The position numbers and the translations under genes are program-made. From Pseudogymnoascus verrucosus (Eukaryota), in assembly GCA_001662655.1 (NCBI GenBank), contig KV460206.1: a DNA stretch of 64,000 bases; one strand, 5' to 3'. Within the stretch, counting starts at the first letter, position 1. Each line of letters begins with the position of its first letter. Positions 1 through 12,965 of the stretch are shown here, piece after piece. The notes below the pieces were generated by a model. It ran no database searches, had not been told where the DNA came from, and worked only from the letters and a program-made list of their open reading frames with translations.

Positions 1-180
1 GGTTCTCTTTGTCAACAACAGAACGGCGTGCTAGCTGAAGTGAATATACAGCTCTGAAATTACTTTGTCTGCCTAATTCGTGAGTGTGAGCGTAGGGATA
101 AAATTCTAATTCATGGGCGGCTGCGGCGGCGGGGGCGGTGTCGGCGGCAAACGCGTCACATACGTATATAGCCCAGGCGC

Positions 181-830
181 AATAGTGAATTTGTCTAATA
201 TTTACATGTTTACATTAATTTATTTACGTGTTGTTTGTGGGTGAACAACTGACGCCCTAATCTAGGGCGCATGATATGCTTAGTCGTCGAACGTACGTAC
301 GGGGGTGTTGTTTGTATGATAATCGTCCTAGCAATAGTCCTAGGCGTGTGATGCGCTTAGTCGTCGTTAAGGGGTTGCTTATATAATAATTGCTACGGCG
401 ATTGCTTGTTGTGGTGCTAGGAACACAGTTTATGGGGTAACAACTAGACTGTCTGTTAGTCTCACTCTAGGTCTATACGACTGTTTAGAGAATATATTTA
501 TGGGATTAGGTTTAATAGAGTATTATCACGTACAGTTGAACTATTCATAGGGGTAGGTTCTAGAGGGTGAAAACAATTGTGGGGTTTGGGGGGTTGTTCA
601 CTTCGTAACTAGGGAACCAGAATTATTTAAAGGCAGCATTCTTATATTATTCTGTAAAATATTTAGACTTGAGGAATGTTCTGTGGAACAGTTCGCATTG
701 TTGTAGTTTTCTTTTTGTAGGAATCCTTTATTTGAATAATAAGAATATATATAGAACTTCCTAGAAATATTTACTAACAAAGCCACCATTCAATCAACTC
801 TCCCTGAAATTACTTTAAACTCTACTCTGC
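181..830. repeat. AT/TpA-rich relic with degenerate ~78-bp tandem duplication, probable RIP-mutated repeat
   Basis: ctagggcgcatgatatgcttagtcgtcg (~262) recurs as ctaggcgtgtgatgcgcttagtcgtcg (~340), with mostly transition differences; TA-rich and without a credible ORF. Confidence 0.45.
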
Positions 831-1440
831 ATTGATAGTGAATCTAAACAGTACAAAGTCTCATATTCGCGGTCCCCTATTTCAAAACGTTGGTGGATAT
901 TTGATTGGCCCACGTTCATTTGCGAGAGTTGACTCTGAAGCAACGCCAAGAATCGAACGCCGGTGCCAAATTAGGCTTAGTGCATATTGTCAGCCTCAAC
1001 TCTTCGCCTGTCGCCTTTTTCCATCGAGACCACCTCCTGGGCGACCAAGATCACCATCAACACCGACCCAAACAACATCACCATCGTGGAATCGCGCGCT
1101 CGTCACCGTGCATTCCTAGTCGCTGAACCTCCTTCGAAGGAAGAAGGCTCCCATACTCATCTCCCACGAAAACCCCGGCGCGCCAACAACCCCGAGATCA
1201 CGGCTACCTAAAAGGCGAGGCGGACTCAAGAGGCCCTCGGCCTGGGTTGCCGCTCGCGACCATCGCGACTGCGCCGTCTGCGCATCGAGCCCGTTCAGAT
1301 TCACTCTCGAGAGTCGATAGACAGTTTGCACTCACTCATACAGAGCGGAGATCGCGACTCGCCTCAGTTTCACGCTCGACCTCACCCACAGATCAGATTG
1401 CCACTGCGATTTTCGTCAATAACGCGATAACTACTTCATC

Positions 1441-4400
1441 ATGGCGAACTTACACTTTGCGCACTCGGATGCGCCGTTGCGCACGATCCAGGAGATACAG
1501 TTCGGCCTGTTGTCCCCGGAGGAGATAAAGAACATGAGCGTGGCTCACATCCTGTACCCCGAGACGATGGACGAAGGCAAGATGAAGCCACGCGACCAAG
1601 GACTCAACGACCCGCGCCTCGGCTCTATCGACAGAGGCTTCAAATGTGCGACCTGTGACGCAGGCATGGCGGAGTGCCCTGGCCATTTCGGACACATCGA
1701 GCTGGCCAAGCCAGTCTACCACCCCGGTTTCCTGAAGAAGATCAAGAAACTCCTCGAGATTGCCTGCCACAACTGCGGCAAGATTTTACTTGACAGAGTT
1801 AGTTATCCCGCACGGGATGGCATCTTCTTGTAATTGCGTGCTGACATTAGTGATTTTTCCCAGAGTAATCCACAGTTCAAAGCCGCTGCCTCGATGCGCG
1901 ATCCCAAGCGCAGATTCGAAGCCATCTGGCGTCTGTGCAAGCCAAAGATGATTTGCGATGCCGATATTTCGGTCGATGACGACGAGTTTGCTCAGGATCC
2001 GAAAGCAGCTGCGAAGAGGCCCAGCCACGGCGGTTGCGGAAACACACAACCCGAAGTCCGACAGACGGCGTTGCAGCTGTGGGGAACGTGGAAGGTTCCA
2101 AAGGACGAGGATAACGAGAACGGACAACCGGAGAAGAAGCTGATTACACCAGAAATGGCGTTGCAGGTATTCCGTAATATCTCCACTGACGACATCTACG
2201 ACCTCGGCCTCAACAGCGACTACGCGAGGCCAGAGTGGATGATCATCACAGTGCTTCCCGTCCCACCACCACCTGTCAGGCCGAGTATTTCCATGGACGG
2301 AACTGGCCAGGGAATGCGTGGAGAGGACGATCTGACATACAAGCTGGCAGAAATCATTCGCGCAAACGGAAATGTGCGTCAAGCTCAATCTGAGGGCTCC
2401 CCTGCTCACGTTGCGCTGGAGTTCGAGTCTCTCCTCCAATACCACGTTGCTACATACATGGACAACGATATTGCTGGTCAGCCACAGTCGCTGCAGAAGT
2501 CTGGACGTCCCGTGAAGTCCATTCGTGCTCGTCTAAAGGGAAAGGAGGGTCGTCTCCGTTCTAACTTGATGGGAAAGCGTGTCGATTTCTCGGCCCGTAC
2601 TGTCATTACAGGTGACCCCAACCTGGAGCTTGATGAAGTTGGTGTTCCCCGCAGTATCGCCAGAATTTTGACGTACCCTGAGACGGTTACGCCCTATAAC
2701 ATTGGCAAATTGCACCAGCTTGTCCAGAACGGTCCCAACGACCACCCCGGTGCCAAGTACATCATCCGCAACGATGGTAGCCGTATCGATCTGCGTCATC
2801 ACAAGCGCGCCGGAGCTATCTCCCTGGAGTACGGCAACAAGGTCGAGAGACACATCGTCGATGGTGATTTCATTATTTTCAATCGTCAACCCTCGCTGCA
2901 CAAGGAGTCCATGATGGGACACAGAGTCCGCGTTATGCCCTATTCGACTTTCCGTCTTAATTTGTCTGTTACATCGCCTTACAACGCCGATTTCGATGGT
3001 GATGAAATGAACTTGCACGTTCCCCAGACCGAAGAGACGCGTGCGGAAGTCAACCAACTCTGCATGGTGCCGCTGAATATTGTGTCCCCACAGCGAAACG
3101 GTCCCCTCATGGGTATTGTCCAGGATACTTTGGCTGGTGTTTACAAGCTCACACGTCGTGATGTCTTCTTGACCAAGGAGACAATGATGAATGTGCTGTT
3201 GTGGGTCCCTAGCTGGGATGGAGTCATCCCCCAGCCGGCCATTATCAAGCCTCGCCCAAGATGGACTGGCAAACAGTTGATCAGCATGATCATCCCCAAG
3301 GAGGTTAACCTGCACACTGCAAATGATAACCGCGAGGACGCTCCTCTTAAAGATGATGGTCTTCTCATTTCTGAGGGAGAGCTTTTGTTTGGGCTGGTTA
3401 CGAAGAAGGTCGTCGGAGCTACCAGTGGTGGTATTGTCCACATCATTTTCAATGAGCTTGGATGGCTGGAGGCTCGCAACTTCTTCACTGGTTGCCAGAC
3501 CGTGGTCAACTATTGGCTCTACCACAACGGCTTCAGCATTGGTATTGGAGACACAATTCCAGATAAGGCGACCATTGATAAGATCGAGGGCGCTGTCAAG
3601 GAGCAGAAGGACATCGTTGATGGGTTGGTTCTCGAAGCTACTACTAACAAGCTCGAGTCTCTTCCCGGTATGAACGTTCGTGAGACTTTCGAGTCGCTTG
3701 TCTCGAAGGCACTGAACACGGCTCGTGATAAGGCCGGTACGCGTACCGAGCAGTCTCTCAAGGACATCAACAATGCCGTTATCATGGCCCGATCTGGTTC
3801 CAAGGGTTCCACTATCAATATCTCCCAGATGACTGCCCTTGTCGGACAGCAGTCTGTTGAGGGTAAGCGTATTCCTTTCGGATTCAAGTACCGCACCCTG
3901 CCACATTTCACAAAGGATGATTACTCTCCCGAGTCTCGTGGCTTTGTTGAGAACTCGTACCTGAGAGGTCTCACTCCATCTGAGTTCTTCTTCCACGCCA
4001 TGGCTGGTCGTGAGGGTCTCATTGATACCGCTGTCAAGACTGCCGAAACTGGTTACATTCAACGTCGTCTCGTCAAGGCTTTGGAAGATGTCATGGTCAA
4101 GTATGATGGAACCGTCAGGAACTCTCTTGGTGACATTGTTCAATTCATCTACGGAGAGGATGGTCTGGATGCCGTCTACATTGAGAAGCAGAGAGTTGAC
4201 TCGATCAACATGTCCGACTCAGCATTCGAGGAGAGATACCGCCTCGACGTTATGGACCAGGCCAACCCGCTTCCTGCGGACATGCTTGAGCACGCTAGCG
4301 AACTCATGAGCGATGTCAAGGTGCAGCATCTTCTTGATGCCGAGTGGGAGCAGCTGAAGGTTGACCGAAAGATGCTTCGTGAGGTCAACTTCAAGAAGAA

Positions 4401-6746
4401 GGATGATGAGTCTATGCAGCTGCCGCTGAACGTTGTCCGCATTCTCGACAGCGCAAAGCGCCTCTTCAAGCTTGATGACTCGCAACGTAGCGACCTTCAC
4501 CCAAAGCATGTGATTGAATCTGTCCGAAACTTGCTCGACAAGATGATGATTGTCCGCGGTGAGGACAGCTTGTCTATTGAGGCCCAGAAGAACGCAACTC
4601 TCCTCATTAAGGCTCAGCTCCGCCAGCGCCTGGCCTTCAAGCGTGTGGCTATCCACCAGAAGCTCAGCAAGCTTGCGTTTGACAAGGCTGTCGGTGAGTT
4701 GGAGTCGCGCTTCACCCATGCTCTGGTCAACCCCGGCGAGATGGTCGGTATTCTTGCCGCCCAATCTATCGGTGAGCCTGCTACGCAGATGACGCTCAAT
4801 ACTTTCCATTTTGCCGGTGTGTCGTCCAAGAACGTCACACTTGGTGTGCCGCGTCTAAAGGAAATTCTTAATATCGCGACCAACATCAAGACACCATCCA
4901 TGGTTGTGTACCAGGAAGGAGACAACCCCAGTCAAGAAACCGCCAAGCTTCTTAGAAGTGCGGTCGAGCATACCAACCTGCGCTCTGTCACTGCGGCGAC
5001 TGAGATCTACTATGATCCAGACCCAGAAAACACCACTATTGAACAAGATCAAGATATGGTTGACTCGCATTACATGGTTCCTGACGAGAATTCCGAGTCG
5101 CACGACAGCCTGTCGAGATGGCTCCTACGTATCATTCTGGATCGCCAGAAGATGCTTGATAAGGGCCTCAACGTTGACGATGTTGCTGTTAGGATCAAGG
5201 AGGAGTATCCAAAGGATCTCAATGTGATCTTCTCTGATAACAACGCCGAGGAGCTGGTCATTCGTTGCCGCATGATCACTCGCATGGAGGGCAAGTACGA
5301 GGACGGCGATAACTCGGAGCAGGATGTCAGCTTGAAGAAGCTTGAGAACCACGTTCTGGACAGCCTCACCCTTCGTGGTGTGCCTGGTATTGACCGTGCT
5401 TTCTTGAACAAGGAGACGAAGCTCGTCGAGACCGAAGATGGAGCTTTGATTGCCAGCAAGGATGATCCCAAGTGTCAAGAATGGTACCTTGACACTAGTG
5501 GAACCGCCCTTGGCGCCGTTTTGTCTGTGCCCGGTGTTGACACTACTCGCACATACTCCAATCACTTCGTCCAGATTCTTGAAGTCTTTGGTATTGAGGC
5601 TGTCCGTTCCGCTTTGATGCGTGAATTGACCCAGGTGTTGGCTTTCGATGGTTCGTACGTCAACCATCGCCATTTGGCTCTCCTGGTCGATGTCATGACC
5701 TCGCGTGGTCATCTCATGGCCATTACCCGTCACGGTATCAATCGTGCGGATACTGGTGCCCTGATGAGATGTTCTTTCGAAGAGACTGTGGAAATTCTTC
5801 TTGAAGCTGCCGCCGTTGGTGAGCTTGATGATTGCCGTGGTGTTTCCGAGAACGTTATTCTTGGCCAGTTGGCTCCTCTTGGCACTGGCGAGATGGAGCT
5901 CATGCTTGACCCAAAGATGCTCGAGACCGTTGTCTCCGACAACGGCAGAATGGGTCTCATGTCTGGCCTTCCCGTCAAGGGCGGCTACGAGGGTGCCGCT
6001 ACTCCCTATGGCAGCGACTCCCCAATGGCGGACAGCGGGTACATCGGAACTCCCGACTACGCTGCTGGATTCTCTCCAATCAGCAGTGGTGGAAGCGAGA
6101 GTCCAAGTGGCTTTGGCGGTCTTACAGAGTACGGTGGTATTACTCCAGGCTATGGCGCGGCTTCTCCATACAGTGGCGCGCGCAGCCCAGGTGGCTACTC
6201 CCCAACCTCGCCATTCGGCGTCAGCTCTCCTGGATTCAGTCCTACCTCGCCACGCGGATACTCGCCTACTTCTCCAGCTATGGGCATGACCTCTCCCGGC
6301 TTCGCGCCAACCTCCCCATCGTTCTCGCCTCAGAGTCCGGCTTTCACTCCCACTTCTCCAATGTACAGCCCCACTTCGCCATCGGGTATGCAGCACTACT
6401 CCCCAACCTCGCCATCTTTCTCTCCCACCTCGCCCAGCTACAGCCCGTCGTCGCCACAGTTCTCGCCGGCTAGCCCTCTTTACTCTCCTACATCACCTGT
6501 TTTCGGTGGCGGCAAGAGCAAGACTAGTCCTATGAGCCCCAACCAGACTAGCCCGACGAGCCCGGTGTACAGCCCCACGAGTCCAAGCTGGAGCCCGACA
6601 AGCCCGAGGTACAGCCCGACTAGTCCAGCGGCCTTCTCGCCAACCAGCCCGCAGTACAGTCCTACGTAAGTCAACTTTTCTAGCCGCGCAAATAAGTACA
6701 AAAACTGACAGTCAATAGATCCCCTACCTCACCTAAGCAAGACTGA
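1441..6746 (+). CDS. RPB1: DNA-directed RNA polymerase II largest subunit
   Basis: Exons 1441-1797, 1864-6665, 6719-6746 (GT-AG introns). Motifs: [19 protein letters not shown] catalytic loop, TQMTLNTFH trigger loop, C-terminal YSPTSP heptads. Confidence 0.99.
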
Positions 6747-7580
6747 ACGGCAATTCGCGATTCATGATCTGCTTTGTACCATCAACCCATACACCAAAAG
6801 AAAGAACGATGGGCGTGGCGATACCTGGTTTCGCCCTGTCCATTTCCCCGCGTCGAGATCTTGATTTCTTCGTTATTTGCTATTTTTTGTATTTTGCGCG
6901 TTTTCAGAAAACGGGGGCGTTAATTGCGGGGTGCATCTGCGTCTTGCTGTTGTTTATTTATTGAGGGCCGACCAGAATGGAGTGCATGAAAGGAAGCGTG
7001 GGTGGAGCGCGATTAGTGAGAGGAGGGAGACGAGACGAGATGAGTTAAATTGCTTTCAATAGATGGCTGCGCATGCATTCGCGGGAGAGGAAAAAATTGA
7101 GATGCGATGGGGCCTCAGTGGAGTGGTTTGATGGTGGAGCCTCTTTCGATTACTTGCTTTGGGGGAAAGCGCGAGAGGGGCTGGGTTGTTTGTGTAGCTG
7201 TGTATAATCTAGAGTGCGTATGTGGGGCCTACGAGGGGAGTTAGTTCGTGGTCCATCGCTGGACGTGGCGGATGGAGCGGCAGAGGTCGACAGATTCCAT
7301 AGCATATGAGTCCAATGAGATGAATATAATCACTTTGATGTGCTCATTGTGGATGTGATTTGTTTGCTGGACCTTTTCTTATATGGGTCAATCACAATGC
7401 TGTTCTTCGTGTGGGTAAACATAAGTGGGAGTCGAATGTCACCGACCCTTCTGTCTCTGTCGCTATCACGAAAATTACATATACAGCACCAAAGTACAAG
7501 CTAAGTCTCAAGGGATAGTAGTAAGAGTATCATTAACCACATGTATTCTATCATAAAATCTACATAACAAACTAGACCGC

Positions 7581-8630
7581 TCAATCGCTGTCCAAAACAA
7601 TAACCTCCGCCTCCACCTCCCCAATGCTCTCAAAGGCAAGCACATCACCAGCCTGGACACCAGTGACAAACGCACCATCCCCCTCTGCCAAAACAGAGTC
7701 TTCCCGACCATCCAACCTGATCTTGGACTTCCCCTCATTCGTCATCGGGACGTGGATATACACCTTCCTGTCTGTCCTGCTCTTCACAACAGTCTTTGCA
7801 TCGCTTTCACCGCCGACGGTCCACTCGAATTTCTTTCCGACGCCAATGATACCTGCGGCCATGACGAAGTCGGCGTGGATGGGTATCGTTCCTGGTAGTG
7901 CTGGGACAGCCGCGGCCTCTTCCTCGGCACTGGCGCCCTTGCCTGCCGCAAGCGGGGACAAGATAGGAACAAAGGCCTCTCTCTTCTTCGCCTCGTCAAA
8001 TGTCTTTGTGTGGTATCGTGGAGTCAGGCCCCTCGACCATGGCAGCGCCCAGATCTGTAGGAAATGCACCGGCTTGTCGCTCTCATTGTTCTCCGAGTGC
8101 GCGATCCCTGTTCCGCCCGTGGTGAATTGGACGTCTCCCCTCTTCATGCGATAGAAGTCATCACCCTCCTTGCCCTCCTTCCCTTTCTGGATCGTGCTAT
8201 CGCGGTGCGTCAGCTCCCCGGAGAGGATGTAGCTGAAGATCTCGGCATCGCGGTGGGGATGCGTCGGGAAGCCGTTGTGGGCCGCGACGCGGTCTTCGTT
8301 GAGGACGCGCAGGGAGCCGAAGCGCTCGAACTTCGGGTCGTGGTAGGAGGCGAAGGAGAAGGTGTGGTGGCTGTCGAGCCAGCCGTGGTTGGCGTGGCCG
8401 CGGGCGGCGGAGCGGCGCGCGAGGATCTTGGCGTGGGTGAGAGACTTGGACATGGTGGATTTGAGGGTTGGTGCTGTGTTCATGAGTGTTTCGAAGGAAT
8501 TGGTTGGTTGTGGGTGGCCTGCGGGGGAGGTTTTGGAGATGTGAGATCTGTAGAGTTCAAGCAGTAAGTCTGAATATGTGATTGAAATTGTTGCGATGAG
8601 GAGGGACGACAGGAGGAGGAAGAGCTTCAT
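7581..8630 (-). CDS. Pirin family (YhhW/quercetinase-like) bicupin protein
   Basis: RGHANHGWLDSHHTFSFASY, LRVLNEDRV, GFPTHPHRD.EIFSY, HSE.N and FLQIW pirin motifs; intronless. The start may be 8630 (hydrophobic N-terminus) or the internal ATGs at 8483/8453. Confidence 0.92.
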   Translation of the reverse strand: MKLFLLLSSLLIATISITYSDLLLELYRSHISKTSPAGHPQPTNSFETLMNTAPTLKSTMSKSLTHAKILARRSAARGHANHGWLDSHHTFSFASYHDPKFERFGSLRVLNEDRVAAHNGFPTHPHRDAEIFSYILSGELTHRDSTIQKGKEGKEGDDFYRMKRGDVQFTTGGTGIAHSENNESDKPVHFLQIWALPWSRGLTPRYHTKTFDEAKKREAFVPILSPLAAGKGASAEEEAAAVPALPGTIPIHADFVMAAGIIGVGKKFEWTVGGESDAKTVVKSRTDRKVYIHVPMTNEGKSKIRLDGREDSVLAEGDGAFVTGVQAGDVLAFESIGEVEAEVIVLDSD

Positions 8631-8885
8631 ATAGGGATATGGGCTGTGGAACTAGGTGGTTCGAGAACAGAAAAGAGGAAGGAAAATCACTAGAGAAACA
8701 TAAGAAAGTTATTTGCAATTCCTTATACATCGCTATAAAGCACGCCGATGACGTTGCTTGGTGATGCTTAGTGTAGATTGTGAAGATCTGACGGGAATTG
8801 TTTACATCCAATAGAAATCATTTGTGAGTGATTACAAGCTGCTGACAATATCACAGTAATCGAAAAAGTGGGCACAAATAAATCA

Positions 8886-8899
8886 ATATCACGTGATAT
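8886..8899. promoter_or_regulatory. Perfect 14-bp palindrome ATATCACGTGATAT (bHLH E-box) upstream of pirin
   Basis: Palindrome seen directly; the CACGTG core is the bHLH/SREBP/Cbf1-type E-box. Function is inferred. Confidence 0.35.
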
Positions 8900-9061
8900 A
8901 CATTTCTTATGTGAGAACTCTCATTTGTGAAAGTGAGATTGTTGAGTCCCTTTAAAGCATATCCTGCCCCCTACATAGGTAAAAACCCAAGTGCGAAGTG
9001 CGGAATTACAAAGTTTAACAGAAATACATTATTATATGAGCCTCGACCTCCATCTCTCACC

Positions 9062-10193
9062 TCAAATTACCTCAACAACAAACTTCCCAACCCCACCCTT
9101 GGCACTGTACACCTCCTCATAGCCACTCTTCACCGCAGCCTCATCTTCAAGCTTGGCCGTTCTCCCCACCAGTGGCTTAAGTTTACCTTCTCCTACCCAT
9201 CGTCCCAAATCATCAAGCCCCTTGGCGTCAGCTTCCATCCACAAATAGCTATAGTTGACCCCATTCCTCCCGGCTCTCCACTTAGTAACCTGATCCATGA
9301 GGTTCAGCACCACCACCATAAACCACGGCGGAGAGCCAAACTTTTTCTTAAGCTCTTCCCCTGATGGTGTTCTGCTGATCGATACAATGACCCCGCCTTT
9401 ACGGATCAAAGGCAAGCTCTCAATCGCACCATTCATGGTATCGAACATGAAATCGACGTTTCCAGCGCCAATTGCCGAGCTCACGTTTTCCTTTGTGTAA
9501 TCAATATACACTACCTCACCCTCTCCTCCCTTAAACAGATCCTTCGCCCGCTCCATTTTCCCTGTCGACAGCGTCGTGATCACCTTCTTCACACCAAACA
9601 CATTCTTCAGCAGCTGTACAGCTACGCTTCCTACGCCGCTTAGACCACCTGGCACATACGCCGTTTTCCCCTTCAATCCGCCTAGCTGTGTCTCTGCGCG
9701 CCGTATCACTTGGAGCACCGTCAGGCCCACTAGCGGGATGGATGCAGCATCGGCGAAAGACATGAACTCGGGCTTCAGCGCTGTTGCCGAGGCAGTTGAG
9801 AGGCAGTACTCGGCCATTGTGCCGGCATCATGGATTGGCACACGAGTAAAGACCTGATCCCCGACCTTCAGGCTATTGACGGCGCTGCCCACGGCAACAA
9901 TGGTTCCAGCGGCATCGTGTCCAAGAACGAGAGGAAACCTGGTGATATGTGAGTATATTTCTGAGCATCTAGAAAGCCAAATCTGGCGAATCCTACGTGT
10001 ATTTGTGTGCCATTTTTAAGGCTCCTTCGGCCACTTTAGTGTCAATTGGATTCACGCCCGCAGCGTGAATTTTGATGAGCACTTCGTCTGGCTGCGTGAT
10101 CTGGGGCGTTGGCACGTTCGCAAGACCATAGGTGGATGGCTTTCCGAATGACGGAATTGCCAGAGCGCGCATTGTAGGCGGTATTGTTGCCAT
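9062..10193 (-). CDS. MDR superfamily NADPH:quinone/enoyl reductase-like oxidoreductase (zinc-independent)
   Basis: Exons 10193-9997 and 9938-9062. Motifs: EVLIKIHAAGVNPID, FPLVLGHDAAG, GGLSGVG, GKFVV. Confidence 0.9.
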
Positions 10194-10712
10194 GTTGAAT
10201 CTGTATAACTTGGACTGGCCTGACTAAAGTTAATGGTATGATAGACTGTTAATGTGAATAGCTTTTTTTTCTCTGATAGATATCTCTATATATGAGGAGA
10301 GGATATCGCCTTTGCACATGAAAATGCGATTATTGATAGTCTCTAGTAGGCTATGAGAATGGGGTGTTCTTACTTCGCCTCCTCTCCACAACGGATAGAT
10401 AGTCGGGCCGTCGGGTTTGATGATGTAACGCCGAAACCTCCGATTCCATTTCTGCTTACTAATTGCTACTGACATTAGCTTGGGGAAAACCTGTGATTAT
10501 AAAGATGTTATAAATATTACTAGTTGAGGCTCGTCTGAACTGTCAACTTCTGTACTAACTAATATAATACTCGCCGCTTTAACTTTCACGACTATATAAA
10601 CTCTCCGCGACTAAAATATCAAGCTTACATCTATAAAAAACACAGTCAGCCTCGATACCAATCTCACGGGCTGACTTGCGAAAGAACTCGGCGAAGTTAT
10701 TGCACCTTGCTA

Positions 10713-11568
10713 ATGCGTCCTGCCTCATTTATCTTACCTTTTTCCATTCTACATCGTCAAAGCATTGCTACCACTGCACGTTGCACTCCGGCATTAAGAT
10801 ACCCTGTACTGCCCAGTACCCCACACATATACCCCACGTGTAGATTGCGTGCACAGCCATACTCATCCACCATGTCGGATACAGGGGCTGCGAATATATC
10901 CGCAGAGCCAATGAAGGCGACACAAGAAGAGTCAAACAGCAAAAATGTAGCTGTAGAGAAAAACGAAGCAGCAGCGGCCGAAGCGCCACAAGAAGAGCCA
11001 AAATTACCGCCACTTAGCGCAGCGGACTTCGCGGCCTACAACGGCATGGCGGAACACATGGAATACTTCGTAAGTGCATTATCACTCCCGCCACTTCTTG
11101 TATTAAGCTAACACGTTCTAGCACAATAATTTCCGAAGGACCTGGAACCTTCTATATGGTGCCTGCGAGTCTAATCAACGCCCAAAGAACTTGTCCATCA
11201 AGCAGTTCATCACCACTGGCCTGCAATTTTGTGGGCATCTCACGGCGCATCACTCCATCGAGGAGATGCACGTCTTCCCTGTTCTGGCCAAGAAAATGCC
11301 AGAGTTCAAGAACGGCCCTAAGTACAAGGGTGCTGCGGAGTTGCTAAGGCAGCACAAGGAGATTCACGATGGCCTGGACGTGTTTAAGGAGTACTTACAA
11401 CAGTGCCAGACTGGGGAGGCCGACTTTGATTTGAGGGTGCTCAAGACGAAGATGGACTCTTGGGGAACAGTGTTATGGACTCATCTAGACCAAGAGGTCA
11501 AGACATTGGGTGCCGAGAATATGAGGAAATACTGGACTGTAGCAGAGATGAGGCGGATGCCAATGTAG
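10713..11568 (+). CDS. Hemerythrin-like (HHE cation-binding domain) protein
   Basis: Intron 11070-11121 joins MAEHMEYF to HNNFRRTW. His/Glu motifs: HLTAHHSIEE..VFP, HKEIH, HLDQE. In-frame ATGs at 10713 and 10872. Confidence 0.85.
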
Positions 11569-11696
11569 ATATCCATATATAGAACAACAGAATTTGATTT
11601 TAACAACAATATTAATACTTGACTCTCCCTCCCCCCTTCCCCTTTACCCCCTGGGTTTCTAATCCAATATATGATGTTTTTGCACTCTGGACGAAA

Positions 11697-12965
11697 TCAC
11701 ATAAGCAATGTCATCCCCTGCGCATTCTTGCCCGCGCCAGTCGAGCTGACATCGAAATACTGGACCTGTTTCACCTTTCCTCCTGAGACGTCCAAAACTG
11801 TCACTGTCGCCTTGGCCTTTCCATCCCCCGCGCTCAAGGCATATAAAAAGTTCCCTCCCGACGCAATGTCGGTAAGTCCAGTGCCGCCGTTCGCAGATAG
11901 ATCAGTAGAGCTGATGATGCTAGCATCCTTAGTGCTCATCTCAACAATGTGGTTCACAGCAATATCGGTAACATAAGCATTTCCAGTGACGTCGGATATG
12001 GCGACCCAGCACGTAGCAGACTGATCGGCGATGACGCCCTTCCCTGTCAGGGTGGTCTTGTCGCTCGAGTCAACAGCGAGGACGGCGGCACCGAAGGAAG
12101 CGTCCGTCACAAAGAGTGAGGTGCTGCCAGGAATTGCTGCGGAGCCAAACAGGACAGCGGTGCCGGCAGGGGAGCTGCGCGTTTCGGTCGTCGACAGAGT
12201 AGTAATTGCGCCTCCACAGGGAGATTTGGCGTTGACTGGGAATGCAGAGATAAAGCCTGTGTTGTTCGCAGGAGGGTTGCCCTTGACAGCTGTGAAGAGG
12301 ACAGACTCGTCACCGGAGAAGAAAACTTGGGAGACAGTGTTGAATGGGCCGACGGGTGGTGTGGTCTGGCCGAGGCCGAATGGGCGAAGGGCGTCCATCT
12401 TGCCGAGGCCCTGCGAAGAGAAAGATGTGCAAGAGACTCCCGATTTGGCTCCTGTGGTGCCAACACACACAAGGTTGTTCTTGGCGGAAGCTGCGACGGT
12501 GACAGGAAAGTCGCCTGGGACGGAAGCAGACTGGCCTAGTGCGGTGAGTTTTGTTGGGTCTTTGGCGGAAATCGAGAACATAGTGAGGGAGTTGGAGCCG
12601 GCATTCACAGCAAACAAATACTAAGCAGCGTTAGAGCCTGAAACCGCATCGATGCAGTACTTCCTTACCTGTCCGGACACTTTGAGTGCAGACTGGCTAC
12701 TCAATGCGTCTGGGCCAGCGGGCAAGTTTGTGCCCATATCAATTGAGTTTGATCCTTTACCCCCAGTCCCGGTGACGGATCCACGAGATAGCGTTCCATC
12801 GCATCCGACTGGTAGCGCAACGACAGCATTTTGAGCATTGTTGGTTAGGAAGTAAATGGCTTTCGGGCCATTGCCCTGCTGCTTGGTTGCTGTGCTTGGA
12901 GCGCCTTCAACTGCCAGCCCGAGCAGGGCAGCTGATAAGAGAATCTTTTGGAAAAGGCCTGGCAT
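11697..12965 (-). CDS. Secreted beta-propeller protein (lactonase/3-carboxymuconate cyclase-like)
   Basis: Signal peptide MPGLFQKILLSAALLGLAVEG; one intron at ~12621-12668; repeated propeller strands (LFAVNAGSNSLTMFSI, ATCWVA, FLYALS). Confidence 0.75.

Noticed and set aside
1450..6396. Long antisense ORFs over RPB1 (e.g. 2533-4143, 5125-6396)
   Set aside because: Shadow frames of a codon-biased gene; no recognisable motifs.
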